Of a stretch of 64,000 nucleotides of DNA, positions 36,978-47,472 are shown piece by piece. The stretch is from NCBI GenBank assembly GCA_027623815.1, contig JAQBUV010000003.1:20830-84829 (forward strand), read 5' to 3'. The position numbers and the translations under genes are program-made. This DNA is from Chloroflexota bacterium (lineage in GTDB: Bacteria; Chloroflexota; Dehalococcoidia; Lucifugimonadales; UBA3495). The notes under the pieces were generated by a model, which saw nothing but the letters and a program-made list of their open reading frames with translations, was not told where the DNA came from and searched no databases. The number at the start of each line of letters is the position of its first letter. The stretch's first letter is position 1.

Positions 36978-38113
36978 ATTATATCCCTCAAATTATATCC
37001 TTCAACGATTGCGGTGGCTTGCTGGGTCGCCCAGGCATCTGCAGACAGCAACTCGGCCACGCTTTCCCCAGCAGACGAATCATGCTGAGCAAGAACCCTT
37101 TCCACCACTCGGTAAATGTCGGTGAACCCAATCTTTCCCGCCAGGAAGGCGCTCACCGCGATTTCGTCGGCGGCACTCAGCACTGTTGGATAGGTTCCGC
37201 CTTGCTTCGCCGCATTCAGCGCCAGCCCAAAGCAGGGGTAGCGTCCTTCATCCAGCGGGCGAAAGTCCAACGATAATGGCCGATCGGTAGGCAGTCTTGG
37301 AATCGCTTCATTAACCCGCCGGTCAGGGTAAAACAGCGCGTACTGTATCGGCAGTCGCATACTGGGAGGCCCTAACTGGGCTTTTACCGACCCGTCGCCA
37401 AACTCGACCATTGAGTGGACGGTGCTTTGCGGGTGAATCATTACTTCTATGTTATCCCAGGCGACGTCGAATAACCAGTGCGCTTCAATGACTTCAAAGG
37501 CCTTGTTCATCATGGTAGCAGAATCAATGGTTATTTTCTTTCCCATTTTCCATGTGGGGTGATTCAGGGCCTCGGCGGGCGTAACTGAAGCCAGGTCTTC
37601 CAGGGCAGTTTCCCGGAAAGGCCCACCGGAGGCGGTGATGATCAACCGGCGTATTTCGTTAGCTTCTCCCCGCAAGCACTGCCAAATGGCGCTCGGTTCG
37701 CTGTCCACGGGCAGAACAGTACCCCCGTATTTCCGCTCATAGGCTTTGATGATATGTCCGGCCATGACTATGGGTTCTTTGTTGGAAAGGGCCACGGCTT
37801 TCTGGTGCTTCAGTGCGTTTAGGGTGGGAACCAGACCCACCGCTCCCATGGTCGCCACCATAACCACGTCTACTTCATCCAAGCCGACCATGTCTTCCAT
37901 AGAAGTGAAAGTTATGTCTGAGGGTATTGATTTTGGAGGGTCAATGCAGCATATGTGCTTGGGGTGAAACTCTTGGATCTGATCGGTGAGCAGCGCCCGA
38001 TTGTTTCCAGCGGCCAGTCCCACAACCTCAAATTGGTCGGGGAACGCCCTGACAATGTCAAGGGTTTGGCAGCCGATGGACCCGGTGGAGCCAAGGACTA
38101 CTATTTTTTTCAT
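36974..38113 (-). CDS. dxr: 1-deoxy-D-xylulose 5-phosphate reductoisomerase
   Basis: MKKIVVLGSTGSIGCQTLDIV.... 4-bp overlaps with both neighbours. Confidence 0.95.
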   Translation of the reverse strand: MKKIVVLGSTGSIGCQTLDIVRAFPDQFEVVGLAAGNNRALLTDQIQEFHPKHICCIDPPKSIPSDITFTSMEDMVGLDEVDVVMVATMGAVGLVPTLNALKHQKAVALSNKEPIVMAGHIIKAYERKYGGTVLPVDSEPSAIWQCLRGEANEIRRLIITASGGPFRETALEDLASVTPAEALNHPTWKMGKKITIDSATMMNKAFEVIEAHWLFDVAWDNIEVMIHPQSTVHSMVEFGDGSVKAQLGPPSMRLPIQYALFYPDRRVNEAIPRLPTDRPLSLDFRPLDEGRYPCFGLALNAAKQGGTYPTVLSAADEIAVSAFLAGKIGFTDIYRVVERVLAQHDSSAGESVAELLSADAWATQQATAIVEGYNLRDII

Positions 38114-38931
38114 GGTTTAAATACCAGGTTTATAAGGTAGTATACGGCCGGGATTGACAATACTAGGCTATCTACCCGGTCCAAAATCCCGCCGTGCCCT
38201 GGAATTATACTCCCTGCATCTTTGACTTGTGAGATGCGCTTGAGTGCGGATTCTGACAGGTCTCCCAGTTGCGAAACCACGCCCACTGTAGCACCAATCA
38301 GGCCCTGTTGCCAGCGGGCCAGTTCTAAATCCAGCAGTTGCCCCAAGGCCAGTGAAGCTAGCACCGCCAGGACAAATCCTCCAATTGCCCCTTCCCAGGT
38401 CTTGTTGGGACTGATGGCCGGGGCCATCTTGTGCCGTCCGATACTTCGGCCAGTTAGGAAAGCGCCGGTGTCGGTGGCGAAGGTCACTAGCAGAGCGAAA
38501 AGGAGCCAGTCCCGCCCAAATGTTGCTGACTCTCCTGTTTCTCGAAGAACCAAAGCGTGGCTCAGCAAGAACCCTACGTAGACTGGCCCTAATATCAGAT
38601 AGACCGATGCCTGAGTAAAACCGGGGCTTTTATGGAAGGCGACCAGCCAGAGGAAGGAGACAAATGCACCTACGATAAAAATGCCTGAGGAGATGGTCAG
38701 GAAATTGGTCAGGTCGGAGGATGCTTGCGCGCCCAGGACAAACGCCAGCGCCCAGAGGCTTCCCAGCAGTGTCGGCAAAGAAGCATCTTCGGCACGGTAA
38801 AGACGGTAGAATTCTCGGACGCCTATGATGACCGCAACGGCCAGCAGAAATACCAGCCAGGGAGTGCCCCACCAGATGGCGGCTAACAGGATTGGTATGC
38901 CCACCAGGGTTGTGAGCACCCGTCGCAACAA
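38110..38931 (-). CDS. cdsA: Phosphatidate cytidylyltransferase
   Basis: TTG start. Signature SESALKRISQVKDAGSIIPGHGGILDRVDS. Confidence 0.92.
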   Translation of the reverse strand: MLRRVLTTLVGIPILLAAIWWGTPWLVFLLAVAVIIGVREFYRLYRAEDASLPTLLGSLWALAFVLGAQASSDLTNFLTISSGIFIVGAFVSFLWLVAFHKSPGFTQASVYLILGPVYVGFLLSHALVLRETGESATFGRDWLLFALLVTFATDTGAFLTGRSIGRHKMAPAISPNKTWEGAIGGFVLAVLASLALGQLLDLELARWQQGLIGATVGVVSQLGDLSESALKRISQVKDAGSIIPGHGGILDRVDSLVLSIPAVYYLINLVFKP

Positions 38932-38933
38932 GG

Positions 38934-39683
38934 TCAGGCCTGGGAGTTGGGGCTTACTTTGCCGAATCTCCGCTGGCGGCTCTGGTAGGCGTCTAAAGCC
39001 TTACCCAACTCCGCTTCATCCAGGTCGGGCCACAGGACTGGCGTGTGGTAGTACTCGCTGTAGGCCGATTGCCAAAGCAAAAAATTGCTCAGACGCAACT
39101 CACCGCCGGTTCGAACAATCAAGTCTGGGTCGGGTGTCTGAGCGGTGTACAAGTAGCTGGTGAACAGAGTTTCATCGATTGCATCGGCAGGTACGCCGTC
39201 TCGAACGATGTTCCTGGCCGCTTCCAGTATCTCGTCCCTACTTCCATAATCGAAGGCTACGTTCAGAGTGATTCCGGTGTTGTTTTCAGTCAGGCTTTCG
39301 GAGTGATCCACCGCTCGACCAAGCTCGGGGCTCAAGTGATTGGACCTACCGATGTGGCGAACCCGGACGTTTTTCTCATGGAGGGCTTGGGTCTGGCTTT
39401 GCAGGGCGTCGCCAAGTAATTCCATGATGCCCTGGACTTCTTCGGCAGGGCGATTCCAGTTTTCCGTTGAGAAGGCGTAAACGGTGACGTACTTTACGCC
39501 TTTATTAGCGAGGAACTCCAAGACCCCTTCCAGCCGGTCTACGCCGGCTTTGTGGCCGGCCAGACGAGGGAGTCCTCTTTGCGCGGCCCAGCGCCCGTTG
39601 CCATCCATAATGAATGCTACGTGTTGGGGGATTCCCAGTTGTGATGAGTTGGCTTGTTGAGTCGGGTCAGGCTGGGCCTGCAT
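38934..39683 (-). CDS. uppS: Isoprenyl transferase (undecaprenyl-diphosphate synthase)
   Basis: HVAFIMDGNGRWA and RTGGELRLSNFLLWQSAYSE motifs. Confidence 0.95.
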   Translation of the reverse strand: MQAQPDPTQQANSSQLGIPQHVAFIMDGNGRWAAQRGLPRLAGHKAGVDRLEGVLEFLANKGVKYVTVYAFSTENWNRPAEEVQGIMELLGDALQSQTQALHEKNVRVRHIGRSNHLSPELGRAVDHSESLTENNTGITLNVAFDYGSRDEILEAARNIVRDGVPADAIDETLFTSYLYTAQTPDPDLIVRTGGELRLSNFLLWQSAYSEYYHTPVLWPDLDEAELGKALDAYQSRQRRFGKVSPNSQA

Positions 39684-39686
39684 AGG

Positions 39687-41523
<1,837 letters not shown>

Positions 41524-41553
41524 GGGTAGTCCTCCTATGTGGACAATTCCTGA

Positions 41554-42504
41554 TTACTCCGGAGAGGTCTCAGGTTGTGTTATTTCTTCTACTGCTTCGG
41601 GATCTGTTCCAGTTTTTTCTGCCGCCGCTTGCTCCATCAATGCGCCCAATTCGTCCAATGGGATGGAGTTGACAGCGACTTGCTCCAACTCCGCATCGGA
41701 GAGGTCACTGGGCTCTTCTTGACCCTCGGCCTCGGCGGCTGCCACGGCGATCTGCTCTTGGATCACGGCCTCGCGTTGAGCTTTGCCTTCGATGATGGCG
41801 GTAGCCAACCGACCGGTAATCAACCGAATTGACCGGACGGCGTCGTCATTGCCCGGAATGGCATGGTCAATCAAATCAGGATTGCAGTCGCTATCGACGA
41901 AGGAGAATATCTTGATTCCCAGTCTTCGGGCTTCGGCAATGCAGAGAGTCTCTTTGGCAATGTCAATGACGAACATGGCCTGGGGCGGCGCGGTCATGTC
42001 CTTGATGCCCAAGAAGTACTTTTCCAGTTTGGCCAGGGTCTCTTCAAGTTTCACGCCTTCCCTCTTGGGAAGCAACCTGAAGTAACCCTGATCTCGCTTC
42101 TGCTGCAACTCAATCATATAGTCGATGCGGGTGCGGATGGTCTGGAAGTTGGTTAGAGTGCCGCCGAGCCAGCGCTGATTGACGTACCACATTCCGCAGC
42201 GATCAGCTTCGCTCTGCACAACTTCTTGCGCCTGCTTTTTGGTGCCGACGAAGAGGACTTTTCCACCATCGGCGGCTACCTGCACCATGGCCCGGTAGGC
42301 GTCGTTGACCATGCCCAAGGTCTGCTGGAGGTCGATAATGTGGATGCCGTTGCGCTGGGTGAAGATGTAGCGCTTCATGCGAGGGTTCCAGCGCCTGGTT
42401 TGATGTCCAAAGTGGACACCAGCCTCCAGAAGGGACTTCATCGTCATAGGTTCTCTAGCGGGCGCAGCGCTTTGCCCTGCCGGTCGCTCTAGGGACTGTA
42501 CCAT
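41554..42504 (-). CDS. rpsB: 30S ribosomal protein S2 with ~70-aa acidic C-terminal extension
   Basis: [19 protein letters not shown].... ATG 42447 ([10 protein letters not shown]) is an alternative start. Confidence 0.93.
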   Translation of the reverse strand: MVQSLERPAGQSAAPAREPMTMKSLLEAGVHFGHQTRRWNPRMKRYIFTQRNGIHIIDLQQTLGMVNDAYRAMVQVAADGGKVLFVGTKKQAQEVVQSEADRCGMWYVNQRWLGGTLTNFQTIRTRIDYMIELQQKRDQGYFRLLPKREGVKLEETLAKLEKYFLGIKDMTAPPQAMFVIDIAKETLCIAEARRLGIKIFSFVDSDCNPDLIDHAIPGNDDAVRSIRLITGRLATAIIEGKAQREAVIQEQIAVAAAEAEGQEEPSDLSDAELEQVAVNSIPLDELGALMEQAAAEKTGTDPEAVEEITQPETSPE

Positions 42505-42666
42505 AAATCCTGCCTTTCCAAATCTCCTGTCGTGTTCAGAACGCCTTTAGCACTCCACAGTCATAATAACATAGCCCCGACATAAATTGCAGTCCCTCAC
42601 CCAATCCAGATAACGGTCAAATGAAAGCCGTCAATACAGGGCGAATGATGAGTTGCTTGCTCGAAA

Positions 42667-42690
42667 CTGGTTGCTCTGGTTGCTCTGGTT
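42667..42690. repeat. 9-mer tandem repeat (CTGGTTGCT x2 plus a partial third copy)
   Basis: Copies at 42667..42675 and 42676..42684, then a partial CTGGTT. Lies in the rpsB upstream region. Confidence 0.8.
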
Positions 42691-42775
42691 ACTGGGGAAC
42701 ACTAACGCCAATTGGGGTGGAGTATATCATAGGCGCTAGAGGTGGGCAACGTGAATTTTGGCTCTGTAGACTTCT

Positions 42776-42809
42776 CTATCAGGAAAAAGAGTTCACTATC
42801 AGGAAAAGA
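42776..42809. repeat. Near-duplicate 14/15-mers spaced 20 bp apart (CTATCAGGAAAAAGA / CTATCAGGAAAAGA); the second contains the pgpA stop codon
   Basis: Copies at 42776..42790 and 42796..42809 with one single-A indel. Confidence 0.75.
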
Positions 42810-43308
42810 ACGCCAGGCGAGCCGCGTTCAACAGAATGGCTCCGTAGACGCCTACCATCAGGTCGTCAGCCATGATACCCAGTCCGCCGTGGAGTCCTTC
42901 CAAGCGGCGGGCCGGCCAGGGTTTTAGAATGTCCAGGATTCTGAAGATGATAAAGGCGGCTGCCAGCCATCCTATTTCCTTGGGAAGCAACAGGCAGGTG
43001 ACCCAAAGACCCACAAATTCGTCCCAGACTGCCTTGCTGGGGTCTTCGTCTGCTTTGGTGCTGAGGGTTCCAGTGGCCCAGACTCCCAACAGGAATCCAA
43101 CGACAATTAGCAAGTAAAGGGCGATAGAATCACTGGAGATGGGCAGGAAGTAATAAATAAGCAGCGAGACAAAACTGCCCGCGGTGGCCGGGGCGATGGG
43201 AAAAAGTCCCGACCCGAAGCCGGTGCCGATCATCCAGCCGAGTTTATCAAGAAAAAGTCCAGTGGTTGATTGGGTTTCCTTAACCATAGCCCAACCGATG
43301 CAGATCAT
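42799..43308 (-). CDS. pgpA: Phosphatidylglycerophosphatase A
   Basis: ...GTGFGSGLFPIAPATAGS... and ...ILDILKPWPARRLE... are typical of PgpA. The start may be ATG 43287. Confidence 0.85.
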   Translation of the reverse strand: MICIGWAMVKETQSTTGLFLDKLGWMIGTGFGSGLFPIAPATAGSFVSLLIYYFLPISSDSIALYLLIVVGFLLGVWATGTLSTKADEDPSKAVWDEFVGLWVTCLLLPKEIGWLAAAFIIFRILDILKPWPARRLEGLHGGLGIMADDLMVGVYGAILLNAARLAFFS

Positions 43309-43645
43309 CCTCGTCCATGCCCAGATAGTGACCGACCTCGTGCCACAGCGTAACCTGGATTTCTCGCACCACTTCTTCGGGGGTGGCGCAATGCTCCAGG
43401 ATAGGCCGTCGAAAGACGATTATCTGGTCGGGGAGACCGGGCCCATTGCCTTCTCGTTCGGTCAGTGGCACGCCCGTATACAAACCAAACAGGGTGCTAT
43501 CTTCCGGCAGGTCAAGGTCGTCTGCGTCGGGCCAGTCTGCCACGGATATGTCGACGTTATCCAACCTCTGCCGCACTCTTGGGGGCAGTTGATAGTAAGC
43601 CTGGCGCACCAATTTTGCGAATTCCCGCTGCGACAACCGGATCAA
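43280..43645 (-). CDS. Zincin-like metallopeptidase-fold protein (small, HExxH)
   Basis: 121 aa with the HEVGHYLG motif near the C-terminus. Overlaps both neighbours. Confidence 0.75.
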   Translation of the reverse strand: MIRLSQREFAKLVRQAYYQLPPRVRQRLDNVDISVADWPDADDLDLPEDSTLFGLYTGVPLTEREGNGPGLPDQIIVFRRPILEHCATPEEVVREIQVTLWHEVGHYLGMDEDDLHRLGYG

Positions 43646-44499
43646 TCGTTGATGCCTACTCGATGACGAATGTCTTTCAGTATCTCGATGTTGCGCTGGT
43701 CTGGGCCTTTGCCATCGAAACCGGGGACTTCCAGGAAGAAAGGTACGTCACGAAAGGCTGGGTGGCCCATGATCGCCTCAAAACCGGCCTCGCCAATCAG
43801 ACCCTCGCCAATGTTGTCGTGCCGGTCAACACCAGAGCCGCAGGGCTGCTTGGAGTCATTGGCATGCACCGCCGCCAGTTTGTCCACGCCAATGGCCTGG
43901 TCGAACTCGGTCATCATCAAGTTGACGCCTTTTTGCGTCGTCAAGTCGTAACCAGCGGCAAAACTGTGTTGGGTGTCCAGGCAAATTCTAAGTCTGGGGT
44001 TGTCTACCGCTTTGATTATGTCCCCCAACTCCTGGAATTTGGCGCCGATGTGTTGACCCATACCGGCCATGTTTTCCAGACAGAGATACGGACCCTCCGG
44101 CGACTGGTCCAGCACCGTTTTTATTGAATCTACCGCCTGGTCAAAAATAGCGTCGTAACCCGCTCCCTTGTGGCTCCCAGGGTGAAAGATGATCCCGCCC
44201 GCCCCAATATTTGCGGCCAAGGTCATGTAATTGACCAGAGAGTCAATCCCCTTTGTCAGGTTCGTTTGGTTGGTAGTGCCCAGGTTAATCAGGTAGATGG
44301 CGTGCAGGAACACTGGCCCCAGCCCAGTCTCGCTGGCCTGCTGCCGGAAGGACTCAACTTCAGCGTCGGCGATTGGCTTGAACGCCCAGCTTTGCGGCGA
44401 AGAGCCGAATATCTGAATCGTTTCACAGCCAATTTCCACGCCCCGGCCAACCGCTTTGCTGATCCCGCCGGATGCCGATACGTGAGCGCCTATTTTCAT
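43642..44499 (-). CDS. nfo: Deoxyribonuclease IV (endonuclease IV)
   Basis: MKIGAHVSASGG..., ...FHPGSH..., ...CLDTQHSFAAGYD.... Confidence 0.92.
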   Translation of the reverse strand: MKIGAHVSASGGISKAVGRGVEIGCETIQIFGSSPQSWAFKPIADAEVESFRQQASETGLGPVFLHAIYLINLGTTNQTNLTKGIDSLVNYMTLAANIGAGGIIFHPGSHKGAGYDAIFDQAVDSIKTVLDQSPEGPYLCLENMAGMGQHIGAKFQELGDIIKAVDNPRLRICLDTQHSFAAGYDLTTQKGVNLMMTEFDQAIGVDKLAAVHANDSKQPCGSGVDRHDNIGEGLIGEAGFEAIMGHPAFRDVPFFLEVPGFDGKGPDQRNIEILKDIRHRVGIND

Positions 44500-44503
44500 T
44501 TAA

Positions 44504-44543
44504 AGCCTCGATCCCTTAATGACATAGCCTCGACCCCTTAATG
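44504..44543. repeat. 18-mer repeated with 22-bp period (AGCCTCGATCCCTTAATG / AGCCTCGACCCCTTAATG) immediately upstream of nfo
   Basis: Copies at 44504..44521 and 44526..44543 with one mismatch. On the coding strand each copy contains an SD-like AAGGG(A/G). Confidence 0.85.
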
Positions 44544-44581
44544 GCTTGGTCAAAACTCTACCAATTTGAGGGACACTAATA

Positions 44582-44635
44582 GTCGACAAGCTCAACACGA
44601 ACAGGTTAACCCGCTCGCGCGGAGCCTGTCGAAGG
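44582..44635. repeat. REP-like inverted pair (GTCGACAAGCTCAACACGAACAGG ... CCGCTCGCGCGGAGCCTGTCGAAGG)
   Basis: Arms at 44582..44605 and 44611..44635. TCGACAAGCTC and GAGCCTGTCGA are near reverse complements. Same family as 20901 and 34227. Confidence 0.65.
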
Positions 44636-44674
44636 ACGGAACATAATCAAATGCAGTATGGGATATATTCTTGG

Positions 44675-45664
44675 CTACCGTCCGATCAAAGACATCAAGC
44701 TGGCACCAACTGCGGCTGGCGCGTTGCGCCCCCAGCGCAACGCCCGGCCAAACTCGCGGCGCTCCCAGATCACCAGGAATTGGGCGGCAATGAATATGGA
44801 ACTGTAGGTTCCCACTATCACGCCAATGGCGACCACCAATAGCAACCCTCGAATGCTGGGGCCGCCGATCAGCAGCATCGCCAGCAGCACCATCAGGGTG
44901 GTAAAGCTGGTGTTCAAGGACCGCCCAATGGATTCGATAATGCTCAGGTTCACCAATGCGGCGAAGGCCCGCTCCGGGTGGCGTATCACGTTCTCCCGGA
45001 TCCGGTCGAAGACTACGATGGTGTCGTTAACGCTGTAACCGACCACGGTCAGTATGCCGATTATAAAGGTGGCGTTGACCTCCAGGTTGATGACCCGCCC
45101 CAAAATTGAGAATATCCCCAGTACGATTAGAGTATCGTGGGCCAGCGCAGCCACCGCGCCAATGCCGTAGCGATACGCTTTGGGCGCGCGCCGGAAGGCG
45201 TACCAGATGTACAGCAGAATAAACACCGATGCCGCCAGCAATGCCAGGAAGGTATTGCGTATCGTCTCTTGAGCTATGATGGGCGATATTGAGTCAAAGG
45301 CCACCGACTGTATTGGCGCGACATTGGCTTCCAGGTCATCCTGCACGCGTTGTTGTTCTGACGTGCCGCCCTCTAGGCCTTCTGCCAAAACCTTGGTGCG
45401 TATTAGCACCGAGCGGCTGCCGGTGCTTTGAATTAGTGACTCAGGATGGCCCAGCGCGTTCATGCGCTCCTGAATTTGGGCCTGGCTCACCGGTCGGTCA
45501 AAGGTAACGTCCATCACCGAGCCGCTGGTGAAGTCGATTCCCGGATTAAGGCCCGAGTGTAGAGTTGACCAGCCGGGCGGGATAATCATGGAGATCAGCC
45601 CTGGCAGAATTATCAGCGCTGAGATTATAAAATACCAGCCTCGTTTCCCTACTATATCTAGCAC
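44675..45664 (-). CDS. secF: Protein translocase subunit SecF
   Basis: 329 aa with six TM segments. ...VGYSVNDTIVVFDRIRE.... Confidence 0.93.
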   Translation of the reverse strand: MLDIVGKRGWYFIISALIILPGLISMIIPPGWSTLHSGLNPGIDFTSGSVMDVTFDRPVSQAQIQERMNALGHPESLIQSTGSRSVLIRTKVLAEGLEGGTSEQQRVQDDLEANVAPIQSVAFDSISPIIAQETIRNTFLALLAASVFILLYIWYAFRRAPKAYRYGIGAVAALAHDTLIVLGIFSILGRVINLEVNATFIIGILTVVGYSVNDTIVVFDRIRENVIRHPERAFAALVNLSIIESIGRSLNTSFTTLMVLLAMLLIGGPSIRGLLLVVAIGVIVGTYSSIFIAAQFLVIWERREFGRALRWGRNAPAAVGASLMSLIGR

Positions 45665-45666
45665 TT

Positions 45667-47469
45667 CTATCTGCCTCCTTGCGCGGTACGCGGTCTACCC
45701 GTAGGCTGAGATTGCCGCTGAATCTTTTCCGGTGAGAACAGGTTGACGCGATGGCCTAGGCCGATCCAGGCCAGCAGTTGCAGCAGATTTCGGCTCACCA
45801 CCAGGGCGGTGAACATGCTGACCACCACGCCGATGAAGAGGCTCAGAGCGAAGCCGTTAATCAACCCGCCCCCGAGGCGACTGCCGAACCAGAGCAGGAC
45901 GCCACAGGTGATAATTGTGGACACGTTGCCGTCCCGTATCGCGGGCCAGGCCCGGCTGAATCCCACTTCCATTGATGATGCCAGCGTTCGCCCTATCCGC
46001 AACTCTTCCTTCAACCGCTCAAATATCAGGACGTTAGCGTCTACCGCCATACCGATAGACAGGATGAACCCGCCAATATGCGGCAAAGTCAGGGTAATGG
46101 GGACCAGCTTGAATATCGCCAGCAGGACGACGGCATAGAACACCAGCGCCAGAGAGGCGACCACCCCGGCCATGCGGTAGTAGGCGATCATAAAGATCAT
46201 CACCAGCCCCAAGCCGGCCAGACCGGCGAGCAGGCTCCGCTCCAGGGACGCCGACCCCAGCAGGGCGTCAACCTGACTCTCCTGAATCAGCACCAGCGGC
46301 ACCGGCAGGCGGCCCGACTCAAGCTGTATAGATAGGATGCGGGCCTCCTCACGCGTGAAGTTGCCGGTAATCTGGCTTTGACCATTGCGGATCCACCCTC
46401 GCGCCACCGGAGCGATCAGCAACTCGTCATCCAGAAAAACCGCAATGCGTTTGGTGGGGTCCCCCACAATGCGTTGCGTGAGCGTGGAAAAAATATCAGC
46501 GCCCCGGCTGCCAAACTGTATATTCACCGTCCACTCTCCGGTGGTCTGAGCGGTAGATGCGAAGGCATCGACCAGGTCATCACCGGTCAGGCCCAGGTCG
46601 GTGTCGGTGAACGTAATGCAGGTGGTGTCGGGGCAGGTACGTTCTTTGAACTCCAGCCGCGCCGTCTGCCCTATCGACGATTTAGCGGATTCGATGCCTC
46701 CGGTAACCCGGAAAGACTCAATGGCGCCGATTTCCACCGCCAGAGCGTTCCGTAAGTCCTGTTGATCGTCGCGACTCAAGGAAACCTGAGTTCGTATTCG
46801 ATAGCTGACGTCATCCTGCTGGTCATTGGTGTAGTCCCGAAATCCCCGATTGGTCAGCAGAGCGTTAATCTCTTCAATGTCCACCGGCTCGGTGAATTGA
46901 ACATCGGTTACCGATCCGCTGGCACCGGGGAGTTGAACGATGATGCGGTCGTCGCCAAACTGCTGCACAATGGGTTCGTCAGTCCCGAAGGAGTTAACCC
47001 GTCGGGAGATGATGCTGATCACACCATCCATATCATCGGCAGTGGGTGGCGTGGTATCGGTCACTCGAAAGTTATTGGCTACGCCAAAGGCCTGTTCCAA
47101 CCCGGCCTTCACTTCCTGCCGTAGGGTATCGTCAAGCAGAACCGTCTTGATGACCACTGTGTTGGAGTCTGCAATCCGCACCTCGAAATCGGTCAGCCCA
47201 AGGTCGGTTAGAATGGTGGAGACTCCAGCTTCATTTACTGGCTGGGGGAAGGAGGCCCGAGTCCGGGTACCTACATCAGCCTGGTATACCAGGTGCGCTC
47301 CGCCCTTCAGGTCAAGACCAAGTTTCAGCCCGGCAGGACCGGAGCCGCCTCTCCTCAGTTCTGGGAACCCGGGTATATCGATGTTGATCTCGTAGAAGGC
47401 CAGCGAGGCCACTGAGATGGCCAAGATAACCAATATTAGAATTGACAGCCGGATACTGCGTCCGCGCAT
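45667..47469 (-). CDS. secD: Protein translocase subunit SecD
   Basis: 600 aa with a large periplasmic domain. ...GMAVDANVLIFERLKEE.... Confidence 0.93.
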   Translation of the reverse strand: MRGRSIRLSILILVILAISVASLAFYEINIDIPGFPELRRGGSGPAGLKLGLDLKGGAHLVYQADVGTRTRASFPQPVNEAGVSTILTDLGLTDFEVRIADSNTVVIKTVLLDDTLRQEVKAGLEQAFGVANNFRVTDTTPPTADDMDGVISIISRRVNSFGTDEPIVQQFGDDRIIVQLPGASGSVTDVQFTEPVDIEEINALLTNRGFRDYTNDQQDDVSYRIRTQVSLSRDDQQDLRNALAVEIGAIESFRVTGGIESAKSSIGQTARLEFKERTCPDTTCITFTDTDLGLTGDDLVDAFASTAQTTGEWTVNIQFGSRGADIFSTLTQRIVGDPTKRIAVFLDDELLIAPVARGWIRNGQSQITGNFTREEARILSIQLESGRLPVPLVLIQESQVDALLGSASLERSLLAGLAGLGLVMIFMIAYYRMAGVVASLALVFYAVVLLAIFKLVPITLTLPHIGGFILSIGMAVDANVLIFERLKEELRIGRTLASSMEVGFSRAWPAIRDGNVSTIITCGVLLWFGSRLGGGLINGFALSLFIGVVVSMFTALVVSRNLLQLLAWIGLGHRVNLFSPEKIQRQSQPTGRPRTAQGGR

Positions 47470-47472
47470 TGA

